From positions 322,276,001 through 322,340,000 of the forward strand of contig OZ024740.1 in NCBI GenBank assembly GCA_964016885.1: 64,000 bases of DNA, written 5' to 3'. The notes below the pieces were generated by a model that saw nothing but the letters and a program-made list of their open reading frames with translations, did not search any database and was not told the origin of the DNA. A program made the translations under genes and the position numbers. The DNA is from Eledone cirrhosa. Lineage: Eukaryota. Positions 1 to 12,864 of this stretch are shown in pieces (the first letter of the stretch is position 1; each line of letters begins with the position of its first letter).

Positions 1-1480
1 TGAAGCTACAAACCTTTAAAATGGACCTGGGGCCAACATCTCACTTACATATGTTCCTGCATTCTACCAAGTAATCAGTTGGGTTAGGAGACCACATCTT
101 GCTTTCATACATTCTCGCTCTCTTCTAAGTGCATTTTTATGGCACCAGCACTCGGGAGATTGTCATATCATGTCTATGACATAGTTGAAGAGTCCACCAC
201 TCTTTATTTGGCATGTTTTCTACAGTGTGATGCCCTTCCTATTACCAACCATTTTACTGGTTGTGTTTATCATGTAGATCCTCAACACTAAGGAGGTTTT
301 CATGTCTTTGACACAACTGTAGAATCCTCTTGACCTTTTGTTTGGCATGGTTTCGGTGGTTGGATGCCCTTCCTGTCACCAATCACTTTTCACTTTATAA
401 AGTGTACTGACTTGACTTAGTTTTATTGTGGCACTAGCATTAATGCGGTTGTTAGTTGTAAAGTCAACTAAAGGTCCCTCTTAACTCAGGAATCAGGGAG
501 AAATATGACGGGGGAGGTAAGAAGGATGATGGGTAAATGACATAAGATAGAGGGTACCAGGTTTATGTTGGGTTTCAAGTAGAGATGTGGAGGAGAGATA
601 GTGTGAACTAAGTATATCATGGGTGTAAGACCAGTGTGGTAAGGTATGACAGATTGATGAGAGTCTCCTTTCTTGAACACTGCATCATACCCCTCAAATA
701 CAGAGTTTTTCTCTCAGCTTACTTATGTTATGCTGTTCATGCACACTAACATTACAAATCAATCAGAACATGCTCGCTTCATGTCTTTCTAGCTATCACA
801 GGTCTTCTACAGTCACTGTCATGTAGCATACACAGTCATCATACAGTCTACCCTTCACTCTGAAGGAGAAGCTCTTTGTTGTCAGCAGAGGTACCAGCTC
901 CCTAAACTTCTTCTAGCCCACACTTTCTCAGCATCCTTTCCCACTGTTGATGAGATCACCTTGGTAACAAAATCTGTCAAAAGTTTCTAGGGAGCCTCCC
1001 AGTTAATTGAGGCAATTTATTTCATGTGTACTCTTAGTACTTACTTCTCCTGTGTATCTGCTGCATATAAAGTCTATCTTCTCTATTAACCTGCCTATAA
1101 TATCACTACATCTTTTGTGCATTCAAAGATTACATCTTATGGAATTTTTGACAACTCCTTTTCAATATATCAAGCAAGGCTACTTCTCTATCAGTATAAG
1201 GTTGCTGTCTTCTTTCCTACTAATCCATACTTTAGTCCTCACTAAGTTTACTTTTAGGCCTTTCGATTCTAAGATTTTCTTCCATGTCTAGAATGTTGCC
1301 TCTAACTTTTCCATGGATTCAGCTATATATATAACCAAATGTTAAACAACGTTCATTGATTATTCAATGAATACAGTTTTACAATAGATTAAAAGCACTC
1401 AACAGTGACATTTTCTGGTGTTATTAATATTATTCAAAATATTAATAAATGGATACATTCACATAATCAAAATATATGTT

Positions 1481-1538
1481 TTATTATATATATTTCAGAG
1501 GTACTGTGCTGTTTTTTCAGTATGTCCTCATCAGATAA
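1481..1538 (-). ncRNA. Decayed minimal hammerhead ribozyme motif
   Basis: Reverse complement reads TTAT-CTGATGA-(imperfect stem II)-GAAA-TATATA-TA-ATAA; 4-bp stem I. Confidence 0.6.
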
Positions 1539-2507
1539 TATACATAAATTGATGCATGACATACCTCAGCTGTGCTGATGGTTCAATTCCAGTCTTGGCA
1601 GTGATTTATTACAACAAAACTCAATATTTATATACCACAAGTAAAAGTGTGACAAACTAAATATGGTGGATAGGGATAAGTAGCGAGATATAAGTAATAG
1701 GAATGGGTGAGTAGGAGAAAGTAAAGAATAAATAAATAAATAAATAAATAATTAATTAAACACATAAGTATAAAAGTTTTAAATATTTAAATATGTAAAC
1801 ATCTGTGTTACAGAAAAAGACAAGAGAGAGAGAGTGCTAAATAGAAGATAAAAGAGAAAAAGATATAAAGATAAAAGTAACGGTGTGGGAGATAGAGATG
1901 ATAGAATATATAACTGGATAAGGAAAAGAGATAAAAAGATAAAAAAGAAAGAAAGAAAGAAAGAAAGAAGAAAGGGACATGATGCGTGACCGTTTTTTTT
2001 TTCAAATATTAAGTCAGGTAGAAGCGATCAATTAAATAGGCCATCAGTACACAGGAGTTCCCATGAGCTGCTAATTTTAAACTCCTCTGTTATAGCCTGG
2101 AAATCAATGATAAACAGAAGTAGACTGAGAACTGAGCCACAGTGTGGCCAGACATGCACTTCAAATTCATCACGGCATTCATTGCCAACTCTGATTGCAT
2201 CTCTATACAAGACTAGCAAGATACTCATGAGCCATTCATCTACATCTAGTTTTGTTGATGCAAACCAGATTACAGAGTGGTGAACCTTGTCAAATGGCTT
2301 CCTCCAGATGCGCGAAGATCAGGTAGAGAGGTTTACACTTAACCATGTACTTCCCTTGCAGTTGTCTTATAAGAAGGTATTTGTCGTATCCTTACCTGGC
2401 ATAATACTGTAATGCATCTCATCTAACTTAATTCTGTCTCTAATTAGTTGTGTTATAACCATTTCTGTAACTTACATGACCTGATTCACCAGCCTGGCAC
2501 CTCTCTA

Positions 2508-3220
2508 CGAGGGTTGGCTGAAAACTTCATAGACTGATTATGAGGGAGTGATGTTAGAGCTGTGAAATCTTGCATATATAAATTTCAACTCTTCTTATTG
2601 ATAAATGCATTTTTTTCTTTCCAGGGATTATGTTGAAAAATAAACCTCATTTGGTCGTTCCATGAAAGTATCATAGGCTGACAATGAAGGAGTGATGCTA
2701 GAGCTGTGAAATCTTGCATGCATTAATTTCAACCCTTCTTATTAATAAGCTGCATTGGATTTGCAGTATCGGTAGAGCGTCGGACATGTTTTGCAGCATA
2801 GAGTTACGGCCCTTTACGTTCTGTGTTCAAATCCCACAGGGGTTCGCTTTGCCTTTCATGCTTACAGGGTTGATAAAATAAAGTACCAGTCACGCATTGG
2901 GGTCAATTTAATCGACTTTCCCCTCCCCCCAAATTGCTGGCCTTGTGCCTATAGTAGAAATTACTATTTCTTTTCAGGGACTATGTTGAAATATAAACCT
3001 CATTTGGTCATTCCATGAGAGTATCCTGGTCAGCCTATGAAGGAGTGATGCTAGAGCTGTGAAATCTTGCATGAAATAATTTCAACTTTTCTTATTAATA
3101 ACTGCATTGTTTCTTTCCAGGGACTATGTTGAAGAAAAAAACCTCATTTAGTCATTCCATGAGAGTATCTTGGTCAGCCTATGAACCTTTCAGCCAATTA
3201 ACATTTCAGCTGACCCTTGT
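2508..3220. mobile_element. Mariner-like MITE made of three tandem ~145-bp units, with a nested SINE (~2760-2965)
   Basis: Starts TA-CGAGGGTTGGCTGAAAACTTCATAG; degenerate inverted end CTATGAACCTTTCAGCCAA; GGAGTGATG(C/T)TAGAGCTGTGAAATCTTGCAT occurs three times. Confidence 0.7.
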
Positions 3221-3599
3221 GGTTAACTCTCTCTAGTGCCTCTCCTTTGCTCATGCTACAGTCTCCAGTGATACTGCTACACCAGTGACACCATTCTACA
3301 GTGTAAAAAGGAGGTTAATTAATTGCTGTTATTGTTGTTGTTTGTTTCTAGGTCAGCTCTAATCCAGCAGACCTATGATGAAAGATATTCCAGCCATGAC
3401 CATCCTGTCTGCTTTCCAAGCAAATGTATATCTAAGTCTACACCATTAACCAATATGTCTTGTGCCACATTATATATATTCAGGATATATATTTAGGGCA
3501 CTCCCTAATTAATTATTGGATCATTAAGGCACAACTAATGAAATAATATATTTATATATTTAACATGAATACGAATGTAAATAGATGCAATAACAAGGA

Positions 3600-3611
3600 A
3601 TTATACATACA

Positions 3612-3645
<34 letters not shown>

Positions 3646-3800
3646 CATATACATACATACATACATATATATACATTCATACATACATGCACATGTACAT
3701 ACATAAATACATACACGTACATATTCATACATACATGCATACATACATACACACATACATATATACATGCACGCATGCACACACACACACACTTACACAT
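3600..3800. repeat. (TACA)n/(CA)n microsatellite
   Basis: Direct reading. Confidence 0.95.
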
Positions 3801-3870
3801 TTTATATATATATATTATATTATTTATTTATGTTCATACACGGAACAAAAGCACCACCCAATATATATAT

Positions 3871-3895
3871 ATACACAATCATACACACCTGTGTA

Positions 3896-3931
<36 letters not shown>

Positions 3932-4229
3932 GATATATCATCATCATCATCATCGTTTAACGTCCATGTTCCACGCTTGCATGGGTTTGGACGGGAGTTT
4001 TCCCACTTGAGGCAAGAGTGGTTGTCTTGCTCGCATAGGACTGTATATATATATAAATATCATGATGATGATGATGATGATGATGATGATATTTATATAT
4101 ATATACAGTCCTATGCGAGCAAGACAACCACTCTTGCCTCAAGTGGGAAAACTCCCGTCCAAACCCATGCAAGCGTGGAACATGGACGTTAAACGATGAT
4201 GATGATGATGATATATCTATAAATATATA

Positions 4230-4307
<78 letters not shown>

Positions 4308-4335
4308 TACACGGGTGTGTATGATTGTGTATAGA
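3871..4335. repeat. Near-perfect palindrome built from an RTE 3' tail and its flank
   Basis: 3871-4063 is the reverse complement of 4086-4333 apart from (TA)n length and one substitution; (GAT)n spacer. Confidence 0.9.
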
Positions 4336-4381
4336 AGATTCAACAGTTGAAAATTGCAAACTTGACTGTCACCGCAGAATA

Positions 4382-4420
4382 TGAACCTGAAGATTGCGAA
4401 AGCATGAAAGTACTTGTTCA
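4382..4420 (+). ncRNA. Minimal type I hammerhead ribozyme (intact core)
   Basis: TGAAC-CTGAAGA-TTGC GAAA GCAT-GAAA-GTAC-TT-GTTCA: 5-bp stem I, GNRA-capped stem II, palindromic GTAC in stem III. Confidence 0.85.
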
Positions 4421-4569
4421 ATTAACACTTAACATTTAACATTCAACCATACTATTTCATTCTAATACCATTATAAATTTTAAAGGATTGTAAATAAAAC
4501 GAGTAAATCAGACAAAGTTGGAATTCCTTTTATTAATATAATCTATACACAATCATACACACCCGTGTA

Positions 4570-4605
<36 letters not shown>

Positions 4606-4697
4606 GTTTTATAAATATGGTTTTATAAATATAGTTTCCATTTATTTAATATCATTGTATATATATATATTCATTTTATTAGGGCTAAATAATGAGT

Positions 4698-4740
4698 CTT
4701 GTTACTCTGGAGTTTCACCTGTTTATCACAGGATCATCAT
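4698..4740 (-). ncRNA. 5'-truncated hammerhead motif
   Basis: Reverse complement ATGATGA-TCCTGT GATAA ACAGGT-GAAA-CTC CA GAG-TA; C3 and the 5' strand of stem I are missing. Confidence 0.55.
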
Positions 4741-4817
4741 ATAAATGTATATGTATGTATATGTTTGGTTGGTATACAGATAAAATGAAATATATACACA
4801 TATACACAACAAATCAG

Positions 4818-4974
4818 GTAGTGAATTGGCAGAATCGTTTGGACATTAGATTAAAAATGACTTAGTATTTGTTCTGAGTTGCTGCACTCTGAGTTCCAAT
4901 TCTGCCAAGGTCAGCTTTTGCTATTTGTCATTTTGAGGTTGATGAATAAAGTACCAGCGAAGTACTGGGCTTGA

Positions 4975-5016
<42 letters not shown>

Positions 5017-5690
5017 CTCTCATTTTGCTCTGTCTCTTAATCTCTTTTCTCTGGAAGAATTCTGCTATGTTTAGATATGGGAAGGATTAAACATAACACG
5101 CCTACAACTCCATCAAAAGTTAAAGGCCCTTTACCTATTTTTTATCACCAGCACTTAATAATGGTTTCTGATTTAGGCACAAGGCCAGCAATTCTGGGGT
5201 AGGAGAAAGTCGATTAATTTGACCTCAGTGCATTACTGGTACTTTATTTTAGCGACCCCGTAAGGATGAAATGCAGAGCTAACTTCAATGAGATTTGAAC
5301 TCAGAAGGTAGAAAGTCGTAACTAAATGCCACAAAGCATTTTATCCGACGCTCTACCGATTCTGTCAATCCACCACTACTTAATAATAACAACCTCAACA
5401 ACAACATATTCTCTTCATATTTTCCTGTTAATATTAGTGTATAAGTCTTTACTGTAAAAATGTCTTACCAGTCAGAAACAACACTGGTAAACTAGATCAG
5501 GAAGAGTTATGTCCCTTATTCAAGGCCACCCTGCAGTGTCAGAATTGGGCAGTTGTAGTTTTGTCAGAATTAGTTGAGCGTTGGATAAAATACCATTACA
5601 TTATTTGATCTGGCTCTTTACATTCTGAGATCAAATCCCACCGAGGTCAACTTTGCTAGTCATCTTTTCAAGATTAATAATATTTTGGGG
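4818..5690. mobile_element. Cluster of three tRNA-derived SINE copies (family with CTTTCATCCT..GGGTCGATAAAATAAAGTACCAG core)
   Basis: B-box-like GAGTTCAAATC and a core shared with copies near 2760, 42050, 43700-44040 and 50725-51410. Confidence 0.7.
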
Positions 5691-6184
5691 GTTGGTTCTC
5701 TATATCTTTTTCTCACTTCCTTTCTGTCTTTCACTCACTCTCTCTAGATAGATAGATAAACAGACAGACAAACAGACAGATAGATAGATAGAAAGAAAGA
5801 AAGAAAGATAAATATATATATATAAATAGAGAGAGAGAGAGAGAGAGAGAGATGAACAGGGAGCCACACAGACAGGCAGACTGACAGACGAACTGACAGG
5901 CAGGTAGGTAGGGAGGTAGATAGCGAGATAAATAGATAGATAGAGGGAGAAATAGAGAGAAAGATAATAGATAAATAGATATATTTCTTTATTTGCCACA
6001 AGGGCGCACAAGAAAAGGGGACAAAACAAGGACATGATAGATAGATAGATAAATATATATAGAATCGCCTTAAAGGGATCGCCTTAAAGGGATCTTATAT
6101 ATTTGATATATATTTATCCTTATCGAGCCCTCTTTGGATTTTAGTCTTCAAATTTATTATTATTACTATATATATATATATATC

Positions 6185-6488
6185 TTGCAATCAAAAGGTT
6201 GTGAGTTCAATTCTCGGACCGGGTGATGTGTTGTTTCCTTGAGCAAGACACTTTATTTCACATTGCTCCAGTTTACTCAGCTGTAGAAATGAGATGATAG
6301 GGACTGGGGTCCATATCATTCCACTGCAAAGTGGTCGTGGAGGTGCCACGGCAAAAAAGCACCCAGCACTCACTGGAGGTTGGTGTTAGGAAGGGCATCC
6401 AGCTGTAGAAATCAAGCCAGAATCAATTTCTGTCCCACCCTTGCAAGCAGGGAAAAAGCAGACGTAAAATGAAATGATGATGATGATG

Positions 6489-6490
<2 letters not shown>
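6185..6490 (+). mobile_element. 5'-truncated tRNA-head SINE with RTE-like tail
   Basis: Matches the full copies at 29059-29407 and 37856-38288; ends in (GAT)n. Confidence 0.85.
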
Positions 6491-6575
<85 letters not shown>

Positions 6576-6774
6576 TAACTAGACAAATAGACAGATATAT
6601 AGAGAGATAGAGAGACAGACAGATAGAGAATAGATATCTTTCTTTATAGAGAGATAGATAGACAGCTCTGACTAAATAAAAGGGGATCTAAATGAGTGTT
6701 TCTATAATCCAATTAACAAGACTCAACAACAGTTGGCATTTTAACCTGCCTCAATGAAAGGTCACATGTAAACA

Positions 6775-7660
6775 CTAACACACTCACACACTAACACACT
6801 CACACATTTACACACTTACACACACACATACTCACACATTCATATATGCACACAGCCAGACATACACACACGATTACATGCACATCAATGTGTATACATA
6901 CATACTCATACACACTCACACACATTCACACATACATACAGCCAGACATACACACACAATTACATGCACATCAATGTTCATACATACACACTCATACATA
7001 CATACGTGCTCACTCATGCATACACACAGTCACACACACATGCTCACACATTCACATATACATGCACTTACACATAGATTAATGTAGACGCACATATAGA
7101 CGCACTTACACATAGATTAATGTCCATACATACATACACACATACATACACATTCATACATACATACATACATACATACATGCTCATACACACGGACATA
7201 CACACTCATACACAGACACACACACGCACACACTGTCATATACACACATACATACACACTCATACATACATACACACTCATACACACGGACATACACACG
7301 TACATACACACTCATACACACATATACACAGTCATATACACACATACATACACACATGCACACAAACTCATACATACACATTCACACATTGAAATGCACA
7401 CACTTACACACACATATGTACACACATACACACACACATACTCAACTTTATTGAACTGGAAGGGACTTGGTTAAGTGGATTGTATTTGTGTGTGTATCTG
7501 TGTGTGGCTGTGTCTGACTGTATGTATAAGTCTGTATGCATGATGGTTGCGTAACTGTGTATTGGTGTGTGGCTCTGTGTATGCGTATGTCTGTATGTCT
7601 GTGTGTATAGTCGTATATGTGTGTGTATGTAGGTGTATGTGTCTGTACCATGCAGATACT
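6775..7660. repeat. Degenerate (CA)n then (TG)n microsatellites
   Basis: Direct reading. Confidence 0.9.
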
Positions 7661-7665
7661 CATTA

Positions 7666-10600
7666 TGATGCTGACAGTGATGGTGGTGATGGTGGTGACG
7701 GTAGTGGTGGGGTAGATGATAATGTTGATGGTGGTGATGATGATGGTGATGTTGTTGTTAGTCGTGATGGTGGTGATGGTGGTGGTGGGGTAGATGATAA
7801 TGTTAATGGTGGTGATGATGGTGGTGATGGTGTTGTTAGTCGTGATGGTGGTGATGGTGGTGGTGGGGTAGATGATAATGTTAATGGTGGTGATGGTGGT
7901 GATGATGTTGTTGTTAGTCGTGATGGTGGTGATGGTGGTGATGGTGGTGGTGGGGCAGATGATAATGTTGATGGTGGTGATGATGATGGTGATGTTGTTG
8001 GTAGTCGTGATGGTGGTGATGGTGGTGGTGGGGTAGATGATAATGTTGATGGTGGTGGTGGTAATGATGGTAATGATAGTGGTAGTGTTGATAATGTAGA
8101 TGTTGGTGATGGGGAGTGTGGTGATGATGATGTTGTTATTGGTGGTGGTGGTGGTGGCAATGGTGGTAGTGGTGGTGGTATTGGTGGTATTGGTGGTGGT
8201 GGCTGTGGCGGTGGTGGTGGTAGTGGTGGTGGCAGTGGTGGTAGTGGTGGTGGTATTGGTGGTATTGGTGGTGGTGGCTGTGGCGGTGGTGGTGGTAGTG
8301 GTGGTGGCAGTGGTGGTAGTGGTGGTGGTATTGGTGGTATTGGTGGTGGTGGCTGTGGCGGTGGTGGTGGTAGTGGTGGTGGCAGTGGTGGTAGTGGTGG
8401 TGGTATTGGTGGTATTGGTGGTGGTGGCTGTGGTGGTGGTGGTAGTGGTGGTGGCAGTGGTGGTAGTGGAGGTGGTATTGGTGGTATTGGTGGCGGTGGT
8501 GGTGGTGGTGGTAGTGGTGGTGGCAGTGGTGGTAGTGGAGGTGGTATTGGTGGTATTGGTGGTGGTGGCTGTGGCGGTGCTGGTGGTGGTGGTAGTGGTG
8601 GTGGCAGTGGTGGTAGTGGTGGTGGTATTGGTGGTATTGGTGGTGGTGGCTGTGGCGGTGGTGGTGGTGGTGGTAGTGGTGGTGGCAGTGGTGGTGGTGG
8701 TGGTGGTGGTAGTGGTGGTGGCAGTGGTGGTAGTCGAGGTGGTATTGGTGGTATTGGTGGTGGTGGTGGTGGTGGTATTAGTGGTGGTGGCTGTGGCGGT
8801 GCTGATGGTGGTGGTAGTGGTGGTGGCAGTGGTGGTAGTGGAGGTGGTATTGGTGGTATTGGTGGTGGTGGCTGTGGCGGTGCTGGTGGTGGTGGTAGTG
8901 TTGGTGGCAGTGGTGGTGGTGGTGGTGGTGCTAGTGGTGGTGGCAGTGGTGGTAGTGGAGGTGGTATTGGTGGTATTGGTGGTGGTGGCTGTGGCGGTGG
9001 TGGTGGTGGTGGTATTGGTGGTATTGGTGGTGGTGGCTGTGGCGGTGCTGATGGTGGTGGTAGTGGTGGTAGTGGAGGTGGTATTGGTGGTATTGGTGGT
9101 GGTGGCTGTGGCGGTGGTGGTGGTGGTGGTATTGGTGGTATTGGTGGTGGTGGCTGTGGCGGTGCTGATGGTGGTGGTAGTGGTGGTAGTGGAGGTGGTA
9201 TTGGTGGTATTGGTGGTGGTGGCTGTGGCGGTGCTGGTGGTGGTGGTAGTGGTGGTGGCAGTGGTGGTAGTGGTGCTGGTATTGGTGGTATTGGTGGTGG
9301 TGGCTGTGGCGGTGCTGGTGGTGGTGGTAGTGGTGGTGGCAGTGGTGGTAGTGGTGCTGGTATTGGTGGTATTGGTGGTGGTGGCTGTGGCGGTGCTGGT
9401 GGTGGTGGTAGTGGTGGTAGTCGAGGTGGTATTGGTGGTATTAGTGGTGGTGGCTGTGGCGGTGCTGGTGGTGGTGGTAGTGGTGGTAGTCGAGGTGGTA
9501 TTGGTGGTGGTGGCTGTGGCGGTGCTGATGGTGGTGGTATTGGTGGTATTGGTGGTGGTGGCTGTGGCGGTGCTGATGGTGGTGGTAGTGGTGGTAGTGG
9601 AGGTGGTATTGGTGGTATTGGTGGTGGTGGCTGTGGCGGTGCTGGTGGTGGTGGTAGTGGTGGTGGCAGTGGTGGTAGTGGTGCTGGTATTGGTGGTGGT
9701 GGCTGTGGCGGTGCTGGTGCTGGTGGTAGTGGTGGTAGTCGAGGTGGTATTGGTGGTGGTGGCTGTGGCGGTGGTAGTGGCGGTGGCAGTGGTGGTAGTG
9801 GAGGTGGTATTGGTGGTATTGGTGGTGGTGGCTGTGGCGGTGGTGGTGGTGGTGGTATTGGTGGTATTGGTGGTGGTGGCTGTGGCGGTGCTGATGGTGG
9901 TGGTAGTGGTGGTAGTGGAGCTGGTATTGGTGGTATTGGTGGTGGTGGCTGTGGCGGTGGTGGTGGTGGTGGTATTGGTGGTAGTGGAGGTGGTATTGGT
10001 GGTGGTGGCTGTGGCGGTGCTGATGGTGGTGGTAGTGGTGGTAGTGGAGGTGGTATTGGTGGTATTGGTGGTGGTGGCTGTGGCGGTGCTGGTGGTGGTG
10101 GTAGTGGTGGTGGCAGTGGTGGTAGTGGTGCTGGTATTGGTGGTGGTGGCTGTGGCGGTGCTGGTGCTGGTGGTAGTGGTGGTAGTCGAGGTGGTATTGG
10201 TGGTGGTGGCTGTGGCGGTGGTAGTGGCGGTGGCAGTGGTGGTAGTGGAGGTGGTATTGGTGGTATTGGTGGTGGTGGCTGTGGCGGTGGTGGTGGTGGT
10301 GGTATTGGTGGTATTGGTGGTGGTGGCTGTGGCGGTGCTGATGGTGGTGGTAGTGGTGGTAGTGGAGCTGGTATTGGTGGTATTGGTGGTGGTGGCTGTG
10401 GCGGTGGTGGTGGTGGTGGTATTGGTGGTGGCAGTGGTGGTAGTGGTGCTGGTATTGGTGGTGGTGGCTGTGGCGGTGGTGGTGGTGGTGGTAGTGGTGG
10501 TGGCAGTGGTGGTAGTGGTGGTGGTATTGGTGGTATTGGTGGTGGTGGCTGTGGCGGTGCTGATGGTGGTGGTAGTGGTGGTAGTGGAGCTGGTATTGGT

Positions 10601-11155
10601 GGTATTAGTGGTGGTGGCTGTGGCGGTGCTGGTGGTGGTGGTAGTGGTGGTAGTCGAGGTGGTATTGGTGGTGGTGGCTGTGGCGGTGGTAGTGGCGGTG
10701 GCAGTGGTGGTAGTGGAGGTAGTATTGGTGGTATTGGTGGTGGTGGCTGTGGCGGTGGTGGTGGTGGTGGTAGTGGTGGTATTGGTGATATTGGTGGTGG
10801 TGGTGGTGGTAGTGGTGGTATTGGTGGTACTGGTGGTGGTATTGGTGGAGGTGGAGGTGGTGGTATTGGTGGTGGCGGTGGTGGTATTGGTGGTATTAGT
10901 GGTGGCAGTGGTGGTAGTGGTGGTGGTATTGGTGGTATTGGTGATGGTGGCTGTGGCAGTGGTGGAGGGGGGGGGCTGCTAGTGGTGGTGGTGGTATTGG
11001 TGGTAGTGGTGGTAGCAGTGGCGGTGGTGGTGGTATTGGTGGTGGTGGTGGTGGTGGTGGTGGTATTGGTGGTATTGGTGGTGGTGGTGGTGGTGGTATT
11101 GGTGGTATTGGTGGTGGTGGCAGTGGCGGTAGTGGTGGTGGCGGTGGTGGTGGTA
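7666..11155. repeat. 3.5-kb (GGT)n-derived satellite with higher-order units
   Basis: Recurrent modules GGTATT, GGTAGT, GGCTGTGGC; open in several frames (Gly-, Val- and Pro-rich ORFs). Confidence 0.9.
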
Positions 11156-11509
11156 AAGTTAGTGATGACATAATTTACCATACTAAACATTATTTTTCCA
11201 TTTGAATATTTCTGTTGGGATGTGGGAGATCACAGGAAAACTGTGGGAAACCACTAAAGATGTTTGGGATAGATGTGGGAGATCATAACAGATGTGTGGG
11301 ATGGGTGTGGAAGACCACAGATGGGCTGTAGGATAGATATGGAAGATCATAGCAGATTATCATCACATCGACAACCTGATCAAAGACACTGGCCTGGACT
11401 ACATCCAGGACCTCAAGGCAGTAATGTTGGACGAAGACGTGTGGTGGAGGGACCTTGTTGCTGCAGCTGGTGTTGAAAATGGCTAAGAAGAAGAAGAAGA
11501 AGAAGAAGT

Positions 11510-12730
11510 TAGCAGATGTGTGGGACAGATGTGGGAAATCATAGTAGAGGAGTTGAATCACTACAGATATGTGAGATAGATGTGGAAGATAACAGCTGAG
11601 GTGTGGGAAAGATATGGGGGATAACAGCAAAGGTGTGGGACAGGTGGTGGGAATTACATCAGAGGTGTGGGACACATGAGAGAGATCATAGCAGAGGTGT
11701 TGGACAAGTGTAGGGGATTACATCAGAGGTGTGGGACAGATGAGAGAGATCATAGCAGAGGTGTTGGACAGGTGTGGGGGATTACATCAGAGGTGTGGGA
11801 CAGATGAGAGAGATCATAGCAGAGGTGTGGGACAGGTGTGGGGGATTACATCAGAGGTGTGGGACAGATGAGAGAGATCATAGCAGACGTGTGGGACAGG
11901 TGTGGGGGATTACATCAGAGGTGTGGGACAGATGAGAGAGATCATAGCAGACGTGTGGAAAATATGTGGGGGATCACAGCAGAGGTGTGGGACAGATGTG
12001 GGAGACAAGAGCAGAGGTGTGGGAAAGGTGTGGGAGACAAGAGCAGAGATGTGGGATAGATGTGGGAGACAAGAGCAGAGGTGTGGGACAGATGTGGGAG
12101 ACAAGAGCAGAGGTGTGGGAAAGGTGTGGGAGACAAGAGCAGAGATGTGGGATAGATGTGGGAGACAGGAGCAGAGATGTTGGATAGATGTGGGAGACAA
12201 GAGCAGAGATGTGGGATAGATGTGGGGGATCACATCAGAGATGTGGGATAGATGTGGGAGACAAGAGCAGAGATGTGGGATAGATGTGGGGGATCACATC
12301 AGAGATGTGGGATAGATGTGGGAGACAAGAGCAGAGATGTGGGATAGATGTGGGGGATCACAGCAGAGATGTGGGATAGATGTGGGGGATCACAGCAGAG
12401 ATGTGGGATAGATGTGGGAGACAAGAGCAGATATCTGGGATAGATGTGGGGGATCACAGCAGAGATGTGGGATAGATGTGGGGGATCACAGCAGAGATGT
12501 GGGATAGATGTGGGAGACAAGAGCAGAGGTGTGGGATAGATGTGGGAGACAAGAGCAGAGATGTGGGATAGATGTGGGAGACAAGAGCAGATATGTGGGA
12601 TAGATGAGGGAGACAAGAGCAGAGGTCTGCGAAAGATGTGGGGGTAGATATGAGGTGAGTGCATAGGTGGGGTATAGATGTGGGATGGCTGTTGAAGTAT
12701 GGGAAAGATGTGGGAGATCATAGCAGAGGT
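11510..12730. repeat. G-rich 32-bp minisatellite
   Basis: Unit approximately AGCAGAG(A/G)TGTGGGATAGATGTGGGAGACAAG, with alternating variants giving 64-bp dimers. Confidence 0.9.
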
Positions 12731-12864
12731 GAAGGGGACCCTGGAATGTTACCTATACGTACATCATGTACACTATATTCATATGCATATATATATATAT
12801 ACATGTGTGTGTATAAGTGTGTGTGTGTGTGTGTGCATATATATGTATATATATATATAAAACT

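Larger units (their letters stand above)
680..3300 (-). mobile_element. Decayed RTE-clade LINE (RT region), split by two younger insertions (1324-~2033 and 2508-~3220)
   Basis: Minus-strand translations give RTE motifs (FRELVPLLTTKSFSFRVKGRLYD near 840-910; FQAITEEFKISSSWELL near 2050-2105; AESMEKLE at 1300-1323) that match the RTE copy at 12865-14998. Confidence 0.85.
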
